From NCBI GenBank assembly GCA_965219095.1, contig CBDCMT010000001.1:288001-352000 (forward strand): a stretch of DNA of 64,000 bases, given 5' to 3'. A program made the translations under genes and the position numbers. Shown here piece after piece: positions 1 to 9,644 of the stretch; position 1 is the stretch's first letter, and every line of letters begins with the position of its first letter. The DNA comes from Bdellovibrionales bacterium (GTDB lineage Bacteria; Bdellovibrionota; Bdellovibrionia; Bdellovibrionales; UBA1609). A model generated the notes under the pieces. It ran no database searches. It saw nothing but the letters and a program-made list of their open reading frames with translations, and was not told where the DNA came from.

Positions 1-383
1 TTTTACGAGCCTTAATAGGAACATTAATTGACTTTCTATCTTTTGAAAAATAAATGTCTTCGTACACAAAAGACTTCCATCTTAAACAATCATTTAGTAT
101 AGTCTTCAAAAGCATCTCTTCCCTCCTTTTTTTTTTTTTTTGAATAACATTTTAAGGCATCTGGGAAGTAGGTGCTTCTTTTTTAAAATTTTAATGTAAC
201 ACAGCAAATAAAAGCAAATAAAATGAATGTTTTTGAGTTCAATCACCGGAGGTGATAGAGGCCAGTAAGAGCCTCAAAGAACTCAAAAATACAAGATAGG
301 ATGTCTTAACTCTTGCTTTGATTAATATGAGCCTTTTTGGGGGATTTCTACTACTTTTCACCCACAGATTCCCGGGAGGAGCC
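1..383 (-). mobile_element. ISL3-family element, 5' end (runs off the window edge; transposase ATG at 115)
   Basis: Reverse complement of the ISL3 copies at 24747 and 35128; terminus GGCTCCTCCCGGGAATCTGTGGG; encodes MLLKTILNDCLRW. Confidence 0.9.
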
Positions 384-558
384 CAAAAATATAGAGAAGT
401 TCTTCTAGAATAATTCTTAGTTTTTTTTCGTATTTTGATTTTCTTTGTGCTTTATTCTTTTAAGAACGAAGCTCACTTGTATACTCAAGAGGCGTTTTAA
501 TAGGTGTTTTATTGAGGGAGTTTCCCACAGCCATTAAAATATAGTCCTTAGGATTTAA

Positions 559-794
559 TACCAATTACAGAAAATAATTCGACGGTAAATCAAAAAGACA
601 GGTCACTGGTTTAAGCCATGATAGTGACCCTAAAGTACTTGCAGTAAGGAGGTGAGCTTTTCGAGACAAATTCTAAACCCTTTAGCTGTCCTGCTTTTTA
701 AGGCCTCAAAGGGTGTGTTTTCCCTTTTTTTCGATTAAGCCTGTATTTTAGGCTTACTCGAAAAAAAGGAAAAAGCAAAAAAAGATGTAAAATA
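559..794 (+). mobile_element. IS630-type terminal repeat plus IS110-leader segment, copy 1 (cut by IS5 at 795)
   Basis: Near-identical to 7816-8053 and to the reverse complement of 38707-38944. Confidence 0.8.
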
Positions 795-2066
795 GTCGAA
801 CGTGAAAAATTGACAAAAGCCTAGGATTTTTATGCTGTATGATCTTTATTCCTGTTACTTTCTACTATAGAGGGTTAAATATTTTTTCATAACTTAAACA
901 AAACAGTAGTTTTCAAGAAGGCGTACAGGCCTTTTAAGCCATTTCAGTGAAAAAACCGACTTACCTTTAAACTGTGAACATCTGATACATTTTTTTCAAA
1001 TGACTTTACCCCTAAAACCCAGCAATTTTTTGATGAAGTTGCCACACTCACCTTATTGCCAAATTCATATTTTTTATGGGCTTTGCCCTTCCCTATGCAA
1101 TAAACCTCAGGAGCATGAACACTATACACCTTGTTCTTATCCCCTCTTTTTTGGTTATAAATTCTTACACATAAAGATAAACATCTTTTTAAAGATGTAT
1201 TCTCTTCCAAGAACTTAGGACCTCCTTTTCTTGTAACATCTCTTATCACACGACCTAGATAAGTATGAAGCTTTCTTTGCTGTTTTCTTGCTAAACGTAT
1301 TTTTCTTGTATGAGCATAACGAGCATTCTTAAACAAACACTCCTTGGCCTTTCTTTTATAGCTTTGACGTAAAACTAAACCCTCTTTTTTAGCCCTGTGA
1401 ACTAAAGTCTTTAAAGCTTTGTAATAAAGACGGCTGTCTGTAGGAAAAGCTATTGCTTTCTCTTGAACAGTTGTATCAACAACTACATTCTCAAACTCTT
1501 TTTTTTTTACAAAATCCTCTCTCAAAGCTAAATCAATGGTTTCCTCTAAGAGAACTTCTATCTTCTCAGCCCCCATCCTCTTTCTCCAGTTAGTCAATGA
1601 ACTTCTATCACAGGGATCTTCATAAGAATAAAAAGGCTGACCACAAAAATACTGCCATTGAGGACTCTCTTTGAACATTTCTATTGTCTTCTCGTCACTT
1701 AAATTATAAATGTATTTCAAGCACTGAAGTCCCACCATTAAACGAGTTGAAAGACCTGGACGACCTTTTTTTTCATCATACTTCGAACCAAAATCTTTAT
1801 CAAAACGATCCCAGTCTATTTTATTAGCTAAAATGACAAGCGGATGCTTCTAATGACAAGCGGATGCTTCTTATGAACAATGTCGTTTACTCTAAAATTA
1901 AGAGGGCTTCTCTTTTGTGTGCTGAACATGTCTTTTGGCCTCATCTTTTTTCCTTTCTGTTTTGCAAGGTTTTTTATCTGTTTTTCCACTTCCTTGCAAT
2001 TATTTTTATGCAAAAATTACAAAAAAACAAGTGTTTTTAGCTGTTTGTGCATTTTTCACGTTCGAC
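795..2066 (-). mobile_element. IS5-family element, degraded copy
   Basis: TIR GTCGAACGTGAAAAAT at both ends; near-identical to 48645-50206 except for a 20-bp tandem duplication (~1831-1870) and a ~0.3-kb 3' deletion. Confidence 0.92.
944..2013 (-). pseudogene. IS5 transposase pseudogene (frameshift plus C-terminal deletion)
   Basis: ORFs 1828-2013 and 944-1738 match the N-terminal and central parts of the intact 469-aa ORF at 48698. Confidence 0.92.
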
Positions 2067-2186
2067 TAATTTAGTTCTTTTCATAAATGAACCTTTCTTT
2101 TTTATTCTTTTAATTTCTAACTAAGTGATAGTTTTTTATTTTTTTTGACCCTTTAGCTTAAGAGTTTTTAAAAGTTTTTCTGTCTA

Positions 2187-2255
2187 TAGTGCTTCCGTTT
2201 AAGTTTTAAGGTTTTTCTCTAGAGAATCGACCGGAGAATCTAAGCGTATTCACTA
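2187..2255. mobile_element. ~70-bp MITE with IS630-type ends (TA-flanked)
   Basis: TA|TAGTGCTTCCG...CACTA|TA; inverted copy at 51037-51106; ends match the IS630 at 47391-48528. Confidence 0.8.
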
Positions 2256-2409
2256 TATAAAATAGCCCAGGGATTGATTTTACAATGAGATCTTTTTTCA
2301 TTGAGGAATAGCAGGAAGATAGTATAGATTCATTAGGTTGTTTTATATATCTTTGTCAATAGTTTATTTTTTCATTGAGATTTATTCATTCTTATGACAT
2401 TTTTAAGGT

Positions 2410-4503
2410 ATGTCGTTCAAAGATCCTAAAACTTTAGAGGATTTGAAAAAAACTCGTAATATAGGGATTGCAGCTCATATTGATGCAGGAAAAACCACAA
2501 CAACAGAACGGATTCTTTACTATACGGGAAAAAGTTATAAAATTGGTGAAGTTCATGAAGGTGATGCTACAATGGATTGGATGATACAGGAGCAAGAAAG
2601 GGGTATTACTATTACAGCTGCTGTTACTACTTGTTTTTGGAAAGGCTATAGAATCAATGTAATCGATACTCCCGGGCATGTGGATTTTACAATAGAAGTA
2701 GAGCGCTCTTTGAGAGTTTTAGATGGTATGGTTGCTGTTTTTGATTGTGTTCATGGTGTAGAGCCTCAGTCAGAGACAGTTTGGAAACAAGCGGATCGTT
2801 ATAAAGTTCCTAGAATTTGTTTTATTAATAAAATGGACCGCATAGGAGCTGATTATTTTAAAAGCATTCAATCTTTAAAAGAAGGGCTTTCAGATAGGGT
2901 TTTGCCCCTTCATTATCCTTTAGGAGAGGGAAATGAATTTTACGGAATAGTCGATATCATTACTTTAAAAGCTTATACTTGGAAAAGTAATGACAAGGAT
3001 GAAAAGCCTGAAGAACAGAGTATTCCTTCTGAATTAGTAGAAGAGATTCAAAAGCTAAGAAAGAATATATTAGAAGCCATAGCCGAAATTGATGATGATT
3101 TTATGCAGAAATATTTGAATGAATATAAATTTTCTGAAAAAGAGATTCAAGAGAGTTTGAGAAAAGCAACTTTGGCTTTGAAGATTTTTCCTGTTTTGTG
3201 TGGTACGGCCTTTAAGAACAAAGGTGTAAGAAAACTTTTGGATTCTATTGTGCATTACCTTCCTCACCCTTTAGATCGTCCTTCTCTTTTAGGCTTTGAT
3301 CCTAAAAATGAAGATAAAAATATAAGTTGCCCTACAGACTTTGAGCATACTCCTGTTATTTTAGCTTTTAAAATTAGTGGCGATCATTTTTCTGGTACAC
3401 TCACCTATGTTCGTGTCTATTCAGGTATTTTAAAAGAAGGGCAGATTCTTTTAAACCCTAGAATTTCAAAGAAAGAAAGAGTACAAAAAATCTTCCGTAT
3501 GCATGCTAACACACGAGAGATGGCAAAGGAGCTAAAAGCAGGGGATTTAGGAGTCATTGTAGGTTTGAGAGAAACAGCAACGGGCGATACCCTTTGTGAT
3601 CCAAAAAACCCTGTGGTTTTAGAATCTATATACTTCCCCGAGCCTGTGATTTCCTTAGCTGTTGAAGGAAAAACTTCAGAAGATCAAAAGAAACTACGTC
3701 AAGCTTTTGAGATTCTTCAAAAAGAAGATCCTTCCTGTAAGGTGAAAGAAGACCCTGAAACAGGACAAACCTTGATTCAAGGAATGGGAGAGCTTCATAT
3801 AGAAATTTTAATTGATCGCTTAAAAAAGGAAAAAAGCCTCCATTTAAATGTAGGCCAGCCACAGGTTTCTTTTCGAGAAACCCCTATGGTGGATGCAGAA
3901 GGGGAAGCTTCATTTACACATGAAGTAAGTGGGCAAAATCAATTTGGACATTGTTGCATTTTGATTTCACCCCTAAAAAGAGGAGGAGGGTTTTTGTTAG
4001 AAAATCATTTAGACAAAAGTCTTGATGAAGAGATTGTGAGAGCTATAAAAGAGGGTGTTCGTGAGGCTCGAGAAATAGGGCCTATAGCAGGTTATCCTTT
4101 AATGGATCTAAAAGTTGTTTTAAAACAAGCACAAATTCATGAAAAAGATTCTTTTGCTACTTCCTATCGTATAGCCACAATTAGAGCTTTCCATGAGGCG
4201 GTAAAAAAATCTCAAGCCTGTCTTTTAGAGCCTTTGTTTGCTTTAGAGGTCATAACACCAGAGAACTATTTAGGAGGGATCATTTCTGATCTTAATTCAA
4301 GGCAAGGGCAGATAGAAAAAACAGTATCAGAAGAAAATTATCGAAAAATTTATGCACAAGCTCCTTTGCGAAATTTGTTTGGTTATGTAACATCCATACG
4401 TTCTTTAAGCCAAGGTAGAGCTTCTTTTACTATGAAATTTAAAGAATATATAGAAGTGAACCCTAAAGTTTCCGAAGGACTTTTGAAAAGCTTAGGGCAT
4501 TGA
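2410..4503 (+). CDS. fusA: Elongation factor G (stand-alone paralog)
   Basis: [19 protein letters not shown] and NKMD motifs; 697 aa. Confidence 0.96.
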   Translation: MSFKDPKTLEDLKKTRNIGIAAHIDAGKTTTTERILYYTGKSYKIGEVHEGDATMDWMIQEQERGITITAAVTTCFWKGYRINVIDTPGHVDFTIEVERSLRVLDGMVAVFDCVHGVEPQSETVWKQADRYKVPRICFINKMDRIGADYFKSIQSLKEGLSDRVLPLHYPLGEGNEFYGIVDIITLKAYTWKSNDKDEKPEEQSIPSELVEEIQKLRKNILEAIAEIDDDFMQKYLNEYKFSEKEIQESLRKATLALKIFPVLCGTAFKNKGVRKLLDSIVHYLPHPLDRPSLLGFDPKNEDKNISCPTDFEHTPVILAFKISGDHFSGTLTYVRVYSGILKEGQILLNPRISKKERVQKIFRMHANTREMAKELKAGDLGVIVGLRETATGDTLCDPKNPVVLESIYFPEPVISLAVEGKTSEDQKKLRQAFEILQKEDPSCKVKEDPETGQTLIQGMGELHIEILIDRLKKEKSLHLNVGQPQVSFRETPMVDAEGEASFTHEVSGQNQFGHCCILISPLKRGGGFLLENHLDKSLDEEIVRAIKEGVREAREIGPIAGYPLMDLKVVLKQAQIHEKDSFATSYRIATIRAFHEAVKKSQACLLEPLFALEVITPENYLGGIISDLNSRQGQIEKTVSEENYRKIYAQAPLRNLFGYVTSIRSLSQGRASFTMKFKEYIEVNPKVSEGLLKSLGH

Positions 4504-4518
4504 AATTTCAATTTTAAA

Positions 4519-5421
4519 TTAATGCAAGGTAAGAGGGGTTGGGGATTCTTGCATTTTTTTTAACTCATGAAAGATTTCTATAATGTCTTTAGAAACATTT
4601 TCTTCTTCTACAAAGTTAAAATAACGATCCATAGCTAGAAAGGCTTCTTTATGAAGTCCTAATTGTCTCTTGAGTAAAGCAATATTTAAAAATAAATCAG
4701 TACGCATGTCATTTAAAGCAAGAAGACACTCGCTAATAGTGATTTCTTTTTCTGGAGCTTTCTCGGCCTTATAACTTGCAAGACGTTGTTCTAAATACTC
4801 TTCAAATATATCTGTAATTTTACATGTGTCTAATTGCAGTTTATGTTCAAGAAGCCGTCTACTTTTATGAATAATACTGAGGCTTTCTTTTTCTGATAAC
4901 TCTGAGCATTGCTCAGAAAAGTTATAAAACACTGTCTTCTTATTTTTTTCTATTTTTTTTAAAATAAGACGAGGCGAAAGATTTACAAAGTACAAAGGAA
5001 TTTCTAAGTGTTGTATAAAACAGTTATAGAGAAGGGCTAGAGCAATGTTTGCCCCTTCTTTTGATTCGATAATATAAGGAACAGACCAATGGTGTTGTTC
5101 TATTTTTTGGGGGATGGTTTTTTTGAATTTTTTGATTTTAAAGAAGTATTCATTTAATAAAGAAGTTTTTTCAAAAATATTTTTACTTCTTGTTCTATCT
5201 TCTATTTCTAACAACATGCGGTTGATAGAACTTTTTGTTGTTTTTAGGTTCTCGGTTGTTTCTAAAAAACTTTGCAAATCAATAGAAATCTGCGGTCCTA
5301 GGGAGAGATCTCCATCTTTAAAGCTACGAATTTCAAACAATAGCTTTTTCCAATGGTTTGACTTTACCTCAAGCATACCTTTATTAGAACGAAAGAGAAG
5401 AGAAATGTAAATAAAAAACAA
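4519..5421 (-). CDS. SirB1/YchA-like transglutaminase-core and TPR protein (start may be MLEVK)
   Basis: LNEYFF...F, YIIESKEG..IALALLY..IPLYFVN pattern; C-terminal TPR-like helices. Confidence 0.6.
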   Translation of the reverse strand: MFFIYISLLFRSNKGMLEVKSNHWKKLLFEIRSFKDGDLSLGPQISIDLQSFLETTENLKTTKSSINRMLLEIEDRTRSKNIFEKTSLLNEYFFKIKKFKKTIPQKIEQHHWSVPYIIESKEGANIALALLYNCFIQHLEIPLYFVNLSPRLILKKIEKNKKTVFYNFSEQCSELSEKESLSIIHKSRRLLEHKLQLDTCKITDIFEEYLEQRLASYKAEKAPEKEITISECLLALNDMRTDLFLNIALLKRQLGLHKEAFLAMDRYFNFVEEENVSKDIIEIFHELKKMQESPTPLTLH

Positions 5422-5483
5422 AAAAACTTGTCACATGAAGTCAAGGCCTTTTTCCACAAGATAGAACAAGGCATAATTAAAGT

Positions 5484-6374
5484 ATGTCTATAGGTGATGA
5501 TTTAAAAGAACAAATTGAGTTTTTAAAAAGGCAGATTGACTTAAAAAATAAAGATTTATCACAATTTAGATACAATTTGCGTCAAGCGAATCAAAAGATG
5601 CTTCAACTTTACAAACGTCTTGAAGATGACATTCATTCACTTAAAGTCGTTCAAAACCTGCTTATGCCTTCTGAATTGCCTCACATTCCTGGATTTAGGT
5701 TTAGTACTAAGATTGTGCAAGGACAAAAGTCTGGGGGAGATTATTTTGATATCTTCACTCAAGATAAGAGGTTTCGCTTTGGTTTTCTTGTGTCTTCTTG
5801 TTCAAGCTATGGATTATCATCTTTGTTTTTATCTGTACTTTTACAATGGGGTCAACAGTTTAAAGACAGTAAGATCAGCATAAAAGAAGTGTTTAAAGTG
5901 TTATCTGAAAATCTATCTTCTTCTTTAAAAACATCAGATGTTTTGCATTTATTTTATTCTCATGTGAATCGTAAAACACTTCAGGTTGATTATGGTTTGG
6001 TGGGTGATATTGTAGTTTTTTATATAAATGAAGATAACATTCAGATTTTAGAGAGTGAGGGTCTTTTTCAAAGAGGTGAAACCTTAAATATTACAACAAA
6101 AAGTCTTCCTATGAAATCTCAAGAAACACTTCTTGTGTGTTCACCAGGTCTTTTTTCCATCCCACACCACCAAACAAGAGAACTTTATTCAAAAGAACGA
6201 GTTATTTCTATAGTGAAGGACTGGGATAAAAAAGAAGTCCATGATTTGAGAAATGATTTATTCTATGATCTTCAAAAGTTTTCTCAAAAAGAAAAGTTTG
6301 ATAGAGATGTTTTAGTCTTCATTCTTAACGTGAAGAGCGAGACTTTATATATTGCGAAATCTGTAAAGGACTAA
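5484..6374 (+). CDS. SpoIIE/PP2C-like phosphatase-domain protein with N-terminal coiled coil (degenerate active site)
   Basis: VQNLLMP..LP and GGDYFDIF motifs typical of the RsbU/SpoIIE family. Confidence 0.75.
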   Translation: MSIGDDLKEQIEFLKRQIDLKNKDLSQFRYNLRQANQKMLQLYKRLEDDIHSLKVVQNLLMPSELPHIPGFRFSTKIVQGQKSGGDYFDIFTQDKRFRFGFLVSSCSSYGLSSLFLSVLLQWGQQFKDSKISIKEVFKVLSENLSSSLKTSDVLHLFYSHVNRKTLQVDYGLVGDIVVFYINEDNIQILESEGLFQRGETLNITTKSLPMKSQETLLVCSPGLFSIPHHQTRELYSKERVISIVKDWDKKEVHDLRNDLFYDLQKFSQKEKFDRDVLVFILNVKSETLYIAKSVKD

Positions 6375-6421
6375 ATCCGTAAATTCTTTAATTAAGAAAT
6401 AAGAGGCTCTTAGTCTTCCTT

Positions 6422-6871
6422 TTATTTTTTCTTTTTAGAGATTTTATAATCTTTGAATTTTTCCTCAACCGTGTTTCTTGAAGGAAGCTCCATAAGGTTG
6501 TGTTGAATGATAATATGAAACTGATGAGGTTCATCATGGACAAGCATTAAAATTTCTAAGGCGTGGTGAGCGTTTTTTTGAGAGGAGAGTTGAAAAGGGG
6601 GAGGGACTTGGAAACTCCATTCGTAAGCAGGGGGACTTCCCGATTTGATCTCTATGGTTTTAAGCTGAGGAAGCTTCCATTTGATTTGAGCCCACTCTTG
6701 TTGAAGTTTTTTTTTCTCATAACTGAAGTTTTGGATTTTTGAGTTCATTTCACTGGTTGTGTTTTTTAGAGGATCTTTTCCTGATTTTATTATAAAAAAC
6801 CCTACAAGGATTAAAAGAGCCATTAAAGTTCCTATAAAGAGAGGTTTTTTTGTAATAAGAGATTTTTTCAT
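6422..6871 (-). CDS. Hypothetical membrane-anchored protein
   Basis: 149-aa ORF with one N-terminal hydrophobic helix and AAGGA RBS. Confidence 0.7.
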   Translation of the reverse strand: MKKSLITKKPLFIGTLMALLILVGFFIIKSGKDPLKNTTSEMNSKIQNFSYEKKKLQQEWAQIKWKLPQLKTIEIKSGSPPAYEWSFQVPPPFQLSSQKNAHHALEILMLVHDEPHQFHIIIQHNLMELPSRNTVEEKFKDYKISKKKK

Positions 6872-6877
6872 ATCCTT

Positions 6878-6905
6878 TTATCGGGTTGAAAGTGACAAAA
6901 ATTTA
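6878..6905 (-). promoter_or_regulatory. Possible sigma28 (FliA)-type promoter
   Basis: Minus strand TAAA-N16-CCCGATAA, just upstream of the 6871 start. Confidence 0.35.
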
Positions 6906-7027
6906 GACATTTGTATAACAATTTTGGTTTTTAAGCTCAATTAAGGAAAAAAATACCTCAGAACAGAATTTAAATGCATTTGAGCTGGCATGATTTGTGA
7001 ATTCTTTATTTATAGGAAGGAGGTTTT

Positions 7028-7834
7028 ATGAAAACCTTATATTATTATTTACTAACTTTTTTCACAGCCTTAGGAGCTGTGTTTGCTGTTGTAAGCTGTT
7101 CTTCAACAGGAGGAAATTCAGCCCTTAGATGCTCCCATTTAACAGGCTTAGCTTATGAAGAATGTTTACTTTCTTTAGACTTCAATTACGAGTGGTATGG
7201 CACGTTAGCCATTAAAAACACAAAAGCTTTTCGAACTTCTTTAGAAGGACAGGGGATATGCAATCGTCTTGATGAGAGTTGGCTGGTGGGACTTGTGCAA
7301 TTTAATAAATGTAAGCACTTAGATCAGCAGATAAGAGTTCTTATCAAAAAAGAGAGCTTAGGATCTCACGACCGTTCAGAAGTGAGCATTGCCATTATAA
7401 CTGAAGACAAAAACTTTTTTAATAAGGGCAATTATGTAAACTTACTTAATGGATCTAAGTGTGGATCAGATGAGTATTGTTATGACCAAGTTAACAGGGC
7501 TTTTCTCACAAAAACAAACAACGAAAAAGATGAGGCCATACAATCGGGAGATTTTAGAGTAGTGATAAGGGGTGGACTAGCTGATCGTGGAGGATATGTG
7601 CATGTCTTTACCTCAGAAGGTATTGAAGTGGCTTCAGGGCGACTTAAATATGAGAACTTACGGGAAGATGATGATTATTGCAGGGAGCATTATGATCCTA
7701 GTCGATGTCATAATAATTGGCTACGGAATGATGGCTATTATCAGGATGACGGTTATTATCAGGATGACGGTTATTATCAGGATGACGGTTATTATCGAGA
7801 TAATGGCCATTATAATACCAATTACAGAAATTAA
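7028..7834 (+). CDS. Cys-rich lipoprotein with C-terminal DDGYYQ repeats (3' end supplied by an IS terminal repeat)
   Basis: AGGAGG RBS, signal peptide with VVSC lipobox, repeats. Confidence 0.8.
   Translation: MKTLYYYLLTFFTALGAVFAVVSCSSTGGNSALRCSHLTGLAYEECLLSLDFNYEWYGTLAIKNTKAFRTSLEGQGICNRLDESWLVGLVQFNKCKHLDQQIRVLIKKESLGSHDRSEVSIAIITEDKNFFNKGNYVNLLNGSKCGSDEYCYDQVNRAFLTKTNNEKDEAIQSGDFRVVIRGGLADRGGYVHVFTSEGIEVASGRLKYENLREDDDYCREHYDPSRCHNNWLRNDGYYQDDGYYQDDGYYQDDGYYRDNGHYNTNYRN
7727..7816 (+). repeat. 18-bp coding tandem repeat x5 (GATGACGGTTATTATCAG)
   Basis: Read directly; encodes NDGYYQ/DDGYYQ/DDGYYQ/DDGYYR/DNGHYN. Confidence 0.95.
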
Positions 7835-8215
7835 TTCGACGGTAAATCAAAAAGACAGGTCACTGGTTTAAGCCATGATAGTGACCCTAAAGTACTTGCA
7901 GAAAGAGGTGATTTTCGAGACAAATTCTAAACCCTTTAGCTGGCCTGTTTTTTAAGGCCTCAAAGGGTGTTTTCCCTTTTTTTCGATTAAGCCTGTATTT
8001 TTGTGAAGGCTTACTCGAAAAAAAGGAAAAAGCAAAAAAAAGATGTAAAATAGGATTTCAAGACTTTATTTATAAATAAACCAACAAAGGAGGAAAATAA
8101 AATGTATGATCACTATATAGCCGTAGATTGGGCACAAAGTAAATGGCCATTTCAAGGATGACAGGCAAATCAAAAGATATTAAGACTATGGACACGATTT
8201 CAGATCTTGGGAATC
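7816..8215 (+). mobile_element. IS630-type terminal repeat, structured leader and IS110-family transposase 5' fragment, copy 2
   Basis: After AAGGAGG, ATG at 8102 gives MYDHYIAVDWAQS..MAI.RMTGKS, resembling the first RuvC-like strand of IS110 DEDD transposases; frameshifted. Confidence 0.7.
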
Positions 8216-8259
8216 TGAACTTCCCCCAAAAAACTGTCCACTTTTTTGGGGGAAGTTCA
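8216..8259. mobile_element. 44-bp minimal IS3-like element (two abutting TIRs)
   Basis: TGAACTTCCCCCAAAAAA-CTGTCCAC-TTTTTTGGGGGAAGTTCA; TG...CA ends. Confidence 0.65.
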
Positions 8260-8531
8260 CTCTACGAATCCATAGAAAGTGTCTTCTCTATCGTTCGTCA
8301 AGCAGAAAGGGTGAAGAATTGGAAGAAAAATCCTCGACAAATCTCTTATGGATCGCAGCTTCCTTGTTACATGTCGAGAAAAAGTTTCGCACTATCAGGG
8401 GACATAAACAAATCCCTCTATTTATAGAATTATAGAAGAAATAAACAAAATAAACCTTGAAAAACAAATGGAGATAGCTTAATTATGAAAAAGCCCCTTC
8501 TTCAAACCCTAACGACTTTACGGACATCCTC
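8260..8531 (+). mobile_element. IS256-family 3' remnant
   Basis: Degenerate match to 34756-35010 (PIES.FSIVR..RVKNWK); end ...TACGGACATCCTC. Confidence 0.8.
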
Positions 8532-8673
8532 TCTTTCCCATGGGAAAAATAGCTGTAAGCTCTAAGGCCTCTATTTATCTCTCTATTTATGTTACTATTA
8601 TAACTGAAGACAAAAATTTTTTCAGCACAATCTAGAAGATGATTTACGGACAAGATGTTTTTTTTCTATATTA

Positions 8674-9371
8674 ACCCGAGTTTCGACTTTTATATATTGT
8701 TCAGAAGCTCCTGTTTTGAGTTTTAAGTTGAATGGAGGGTTTTTTAGGTTTTAAGCAATAGGAGATGAGAGTACCTAAAAGATTGATGACAAAGTTTTGT
8801 GGGCTACGATGGCGAGAATGCTCAAGATGAAACTCTCCTTTTAACACTCCAATCACTGACCTCCACAACAGAACGTTTTTTCAACATCAACTTGTCAAAT
8901 AAGGGAATCAATTTGTTCTCCATATTTAATTTGATGTTTGTAATAAGCTTAACTCCCTTCTTTAAAAGTTTTTTGAAAAGGTCTGATGAAATATAACCTT
9001 TGTCCCCAAAGAGTTTTCCCATCAGCCCTTTACTATAAAACCATAACTTAGCTTTCGATCATCTACATTTCCCGGAGTTAAGGTAAAACTTAAAAGTTCT
9101 CCTAGGTGATTGATAACAATATGGAGTTTAAATCCGAAGAACCAGCCTGTGACTTCTTTTACCTTTTTTTAGCTAACTTTTGAAACACCTTATTTCGTCT
9201 TATTCTTTTATTTTTGAAGAAAAATCGATGTGGAATCAACAAATGATATGCCTGTGGTTTTACTCATAAGGCTTGTCGAGAAAAGAAACATCAAAAAAGA
9301 CATGGCTTTTTTTATGTTCACAAATCAGGAGTAAGATAGTCTTTAGCCCTGAAAAAAGTCGAAACTCGAGT
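8674..9371 (-). mobile_element. IS982-family element, internally deleted
   Basis: TIR ACCCGAGTTTCGACTTTT; GKLFGDKGYIS and GFKLHIVI motifs; homologous to 14994-15888. Confidence 0.88.
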
Positions 9372-9640
9372 TAACTACAGGAGAAATCAATCGACCTATA
9401 AGCCCCATGTAATGTTCGCCAACAAGCTGAAAAGATAGCATCTGAATGACAATAAAGTTGATGATTGAAGCTCTAATACCTAAACCATATTGAACAGGAC
9501 CACTCATATCTTTAAGAAATTGTCCTTTGTTCTTAGTGCCACACTGTGGACAATCTTTAACCTCTGAGGTCACAGTATGAGTATGTACCTCATAGGGAAA
9601 TATCAATTTTTTGACGTTCTGAGGTGGTTCAACGATTGAA
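9372..9640 (-). pseudogene. IS66 transposase fragment
   Basis: CPQCG zinc motif followed by PVQYGLGIRA. Confidence 0.7.
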
Positions 9641-9644
9641 TTTG

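Noticed and set aside
7727..7816. Possible CRISPR array
   Set aside because: Contiguous in-frame 18-bp units with no spacers and no cas genes in the window
7587..7871. 94-aa ORF with MTVIIR repeats
   Set aside because: Alternative frame of the lipoprotein VNTR
8143..8427. 94-aa ORF as a real gene
   Set aside because: Chimera of IS110, IS3-like and IS256 remnants
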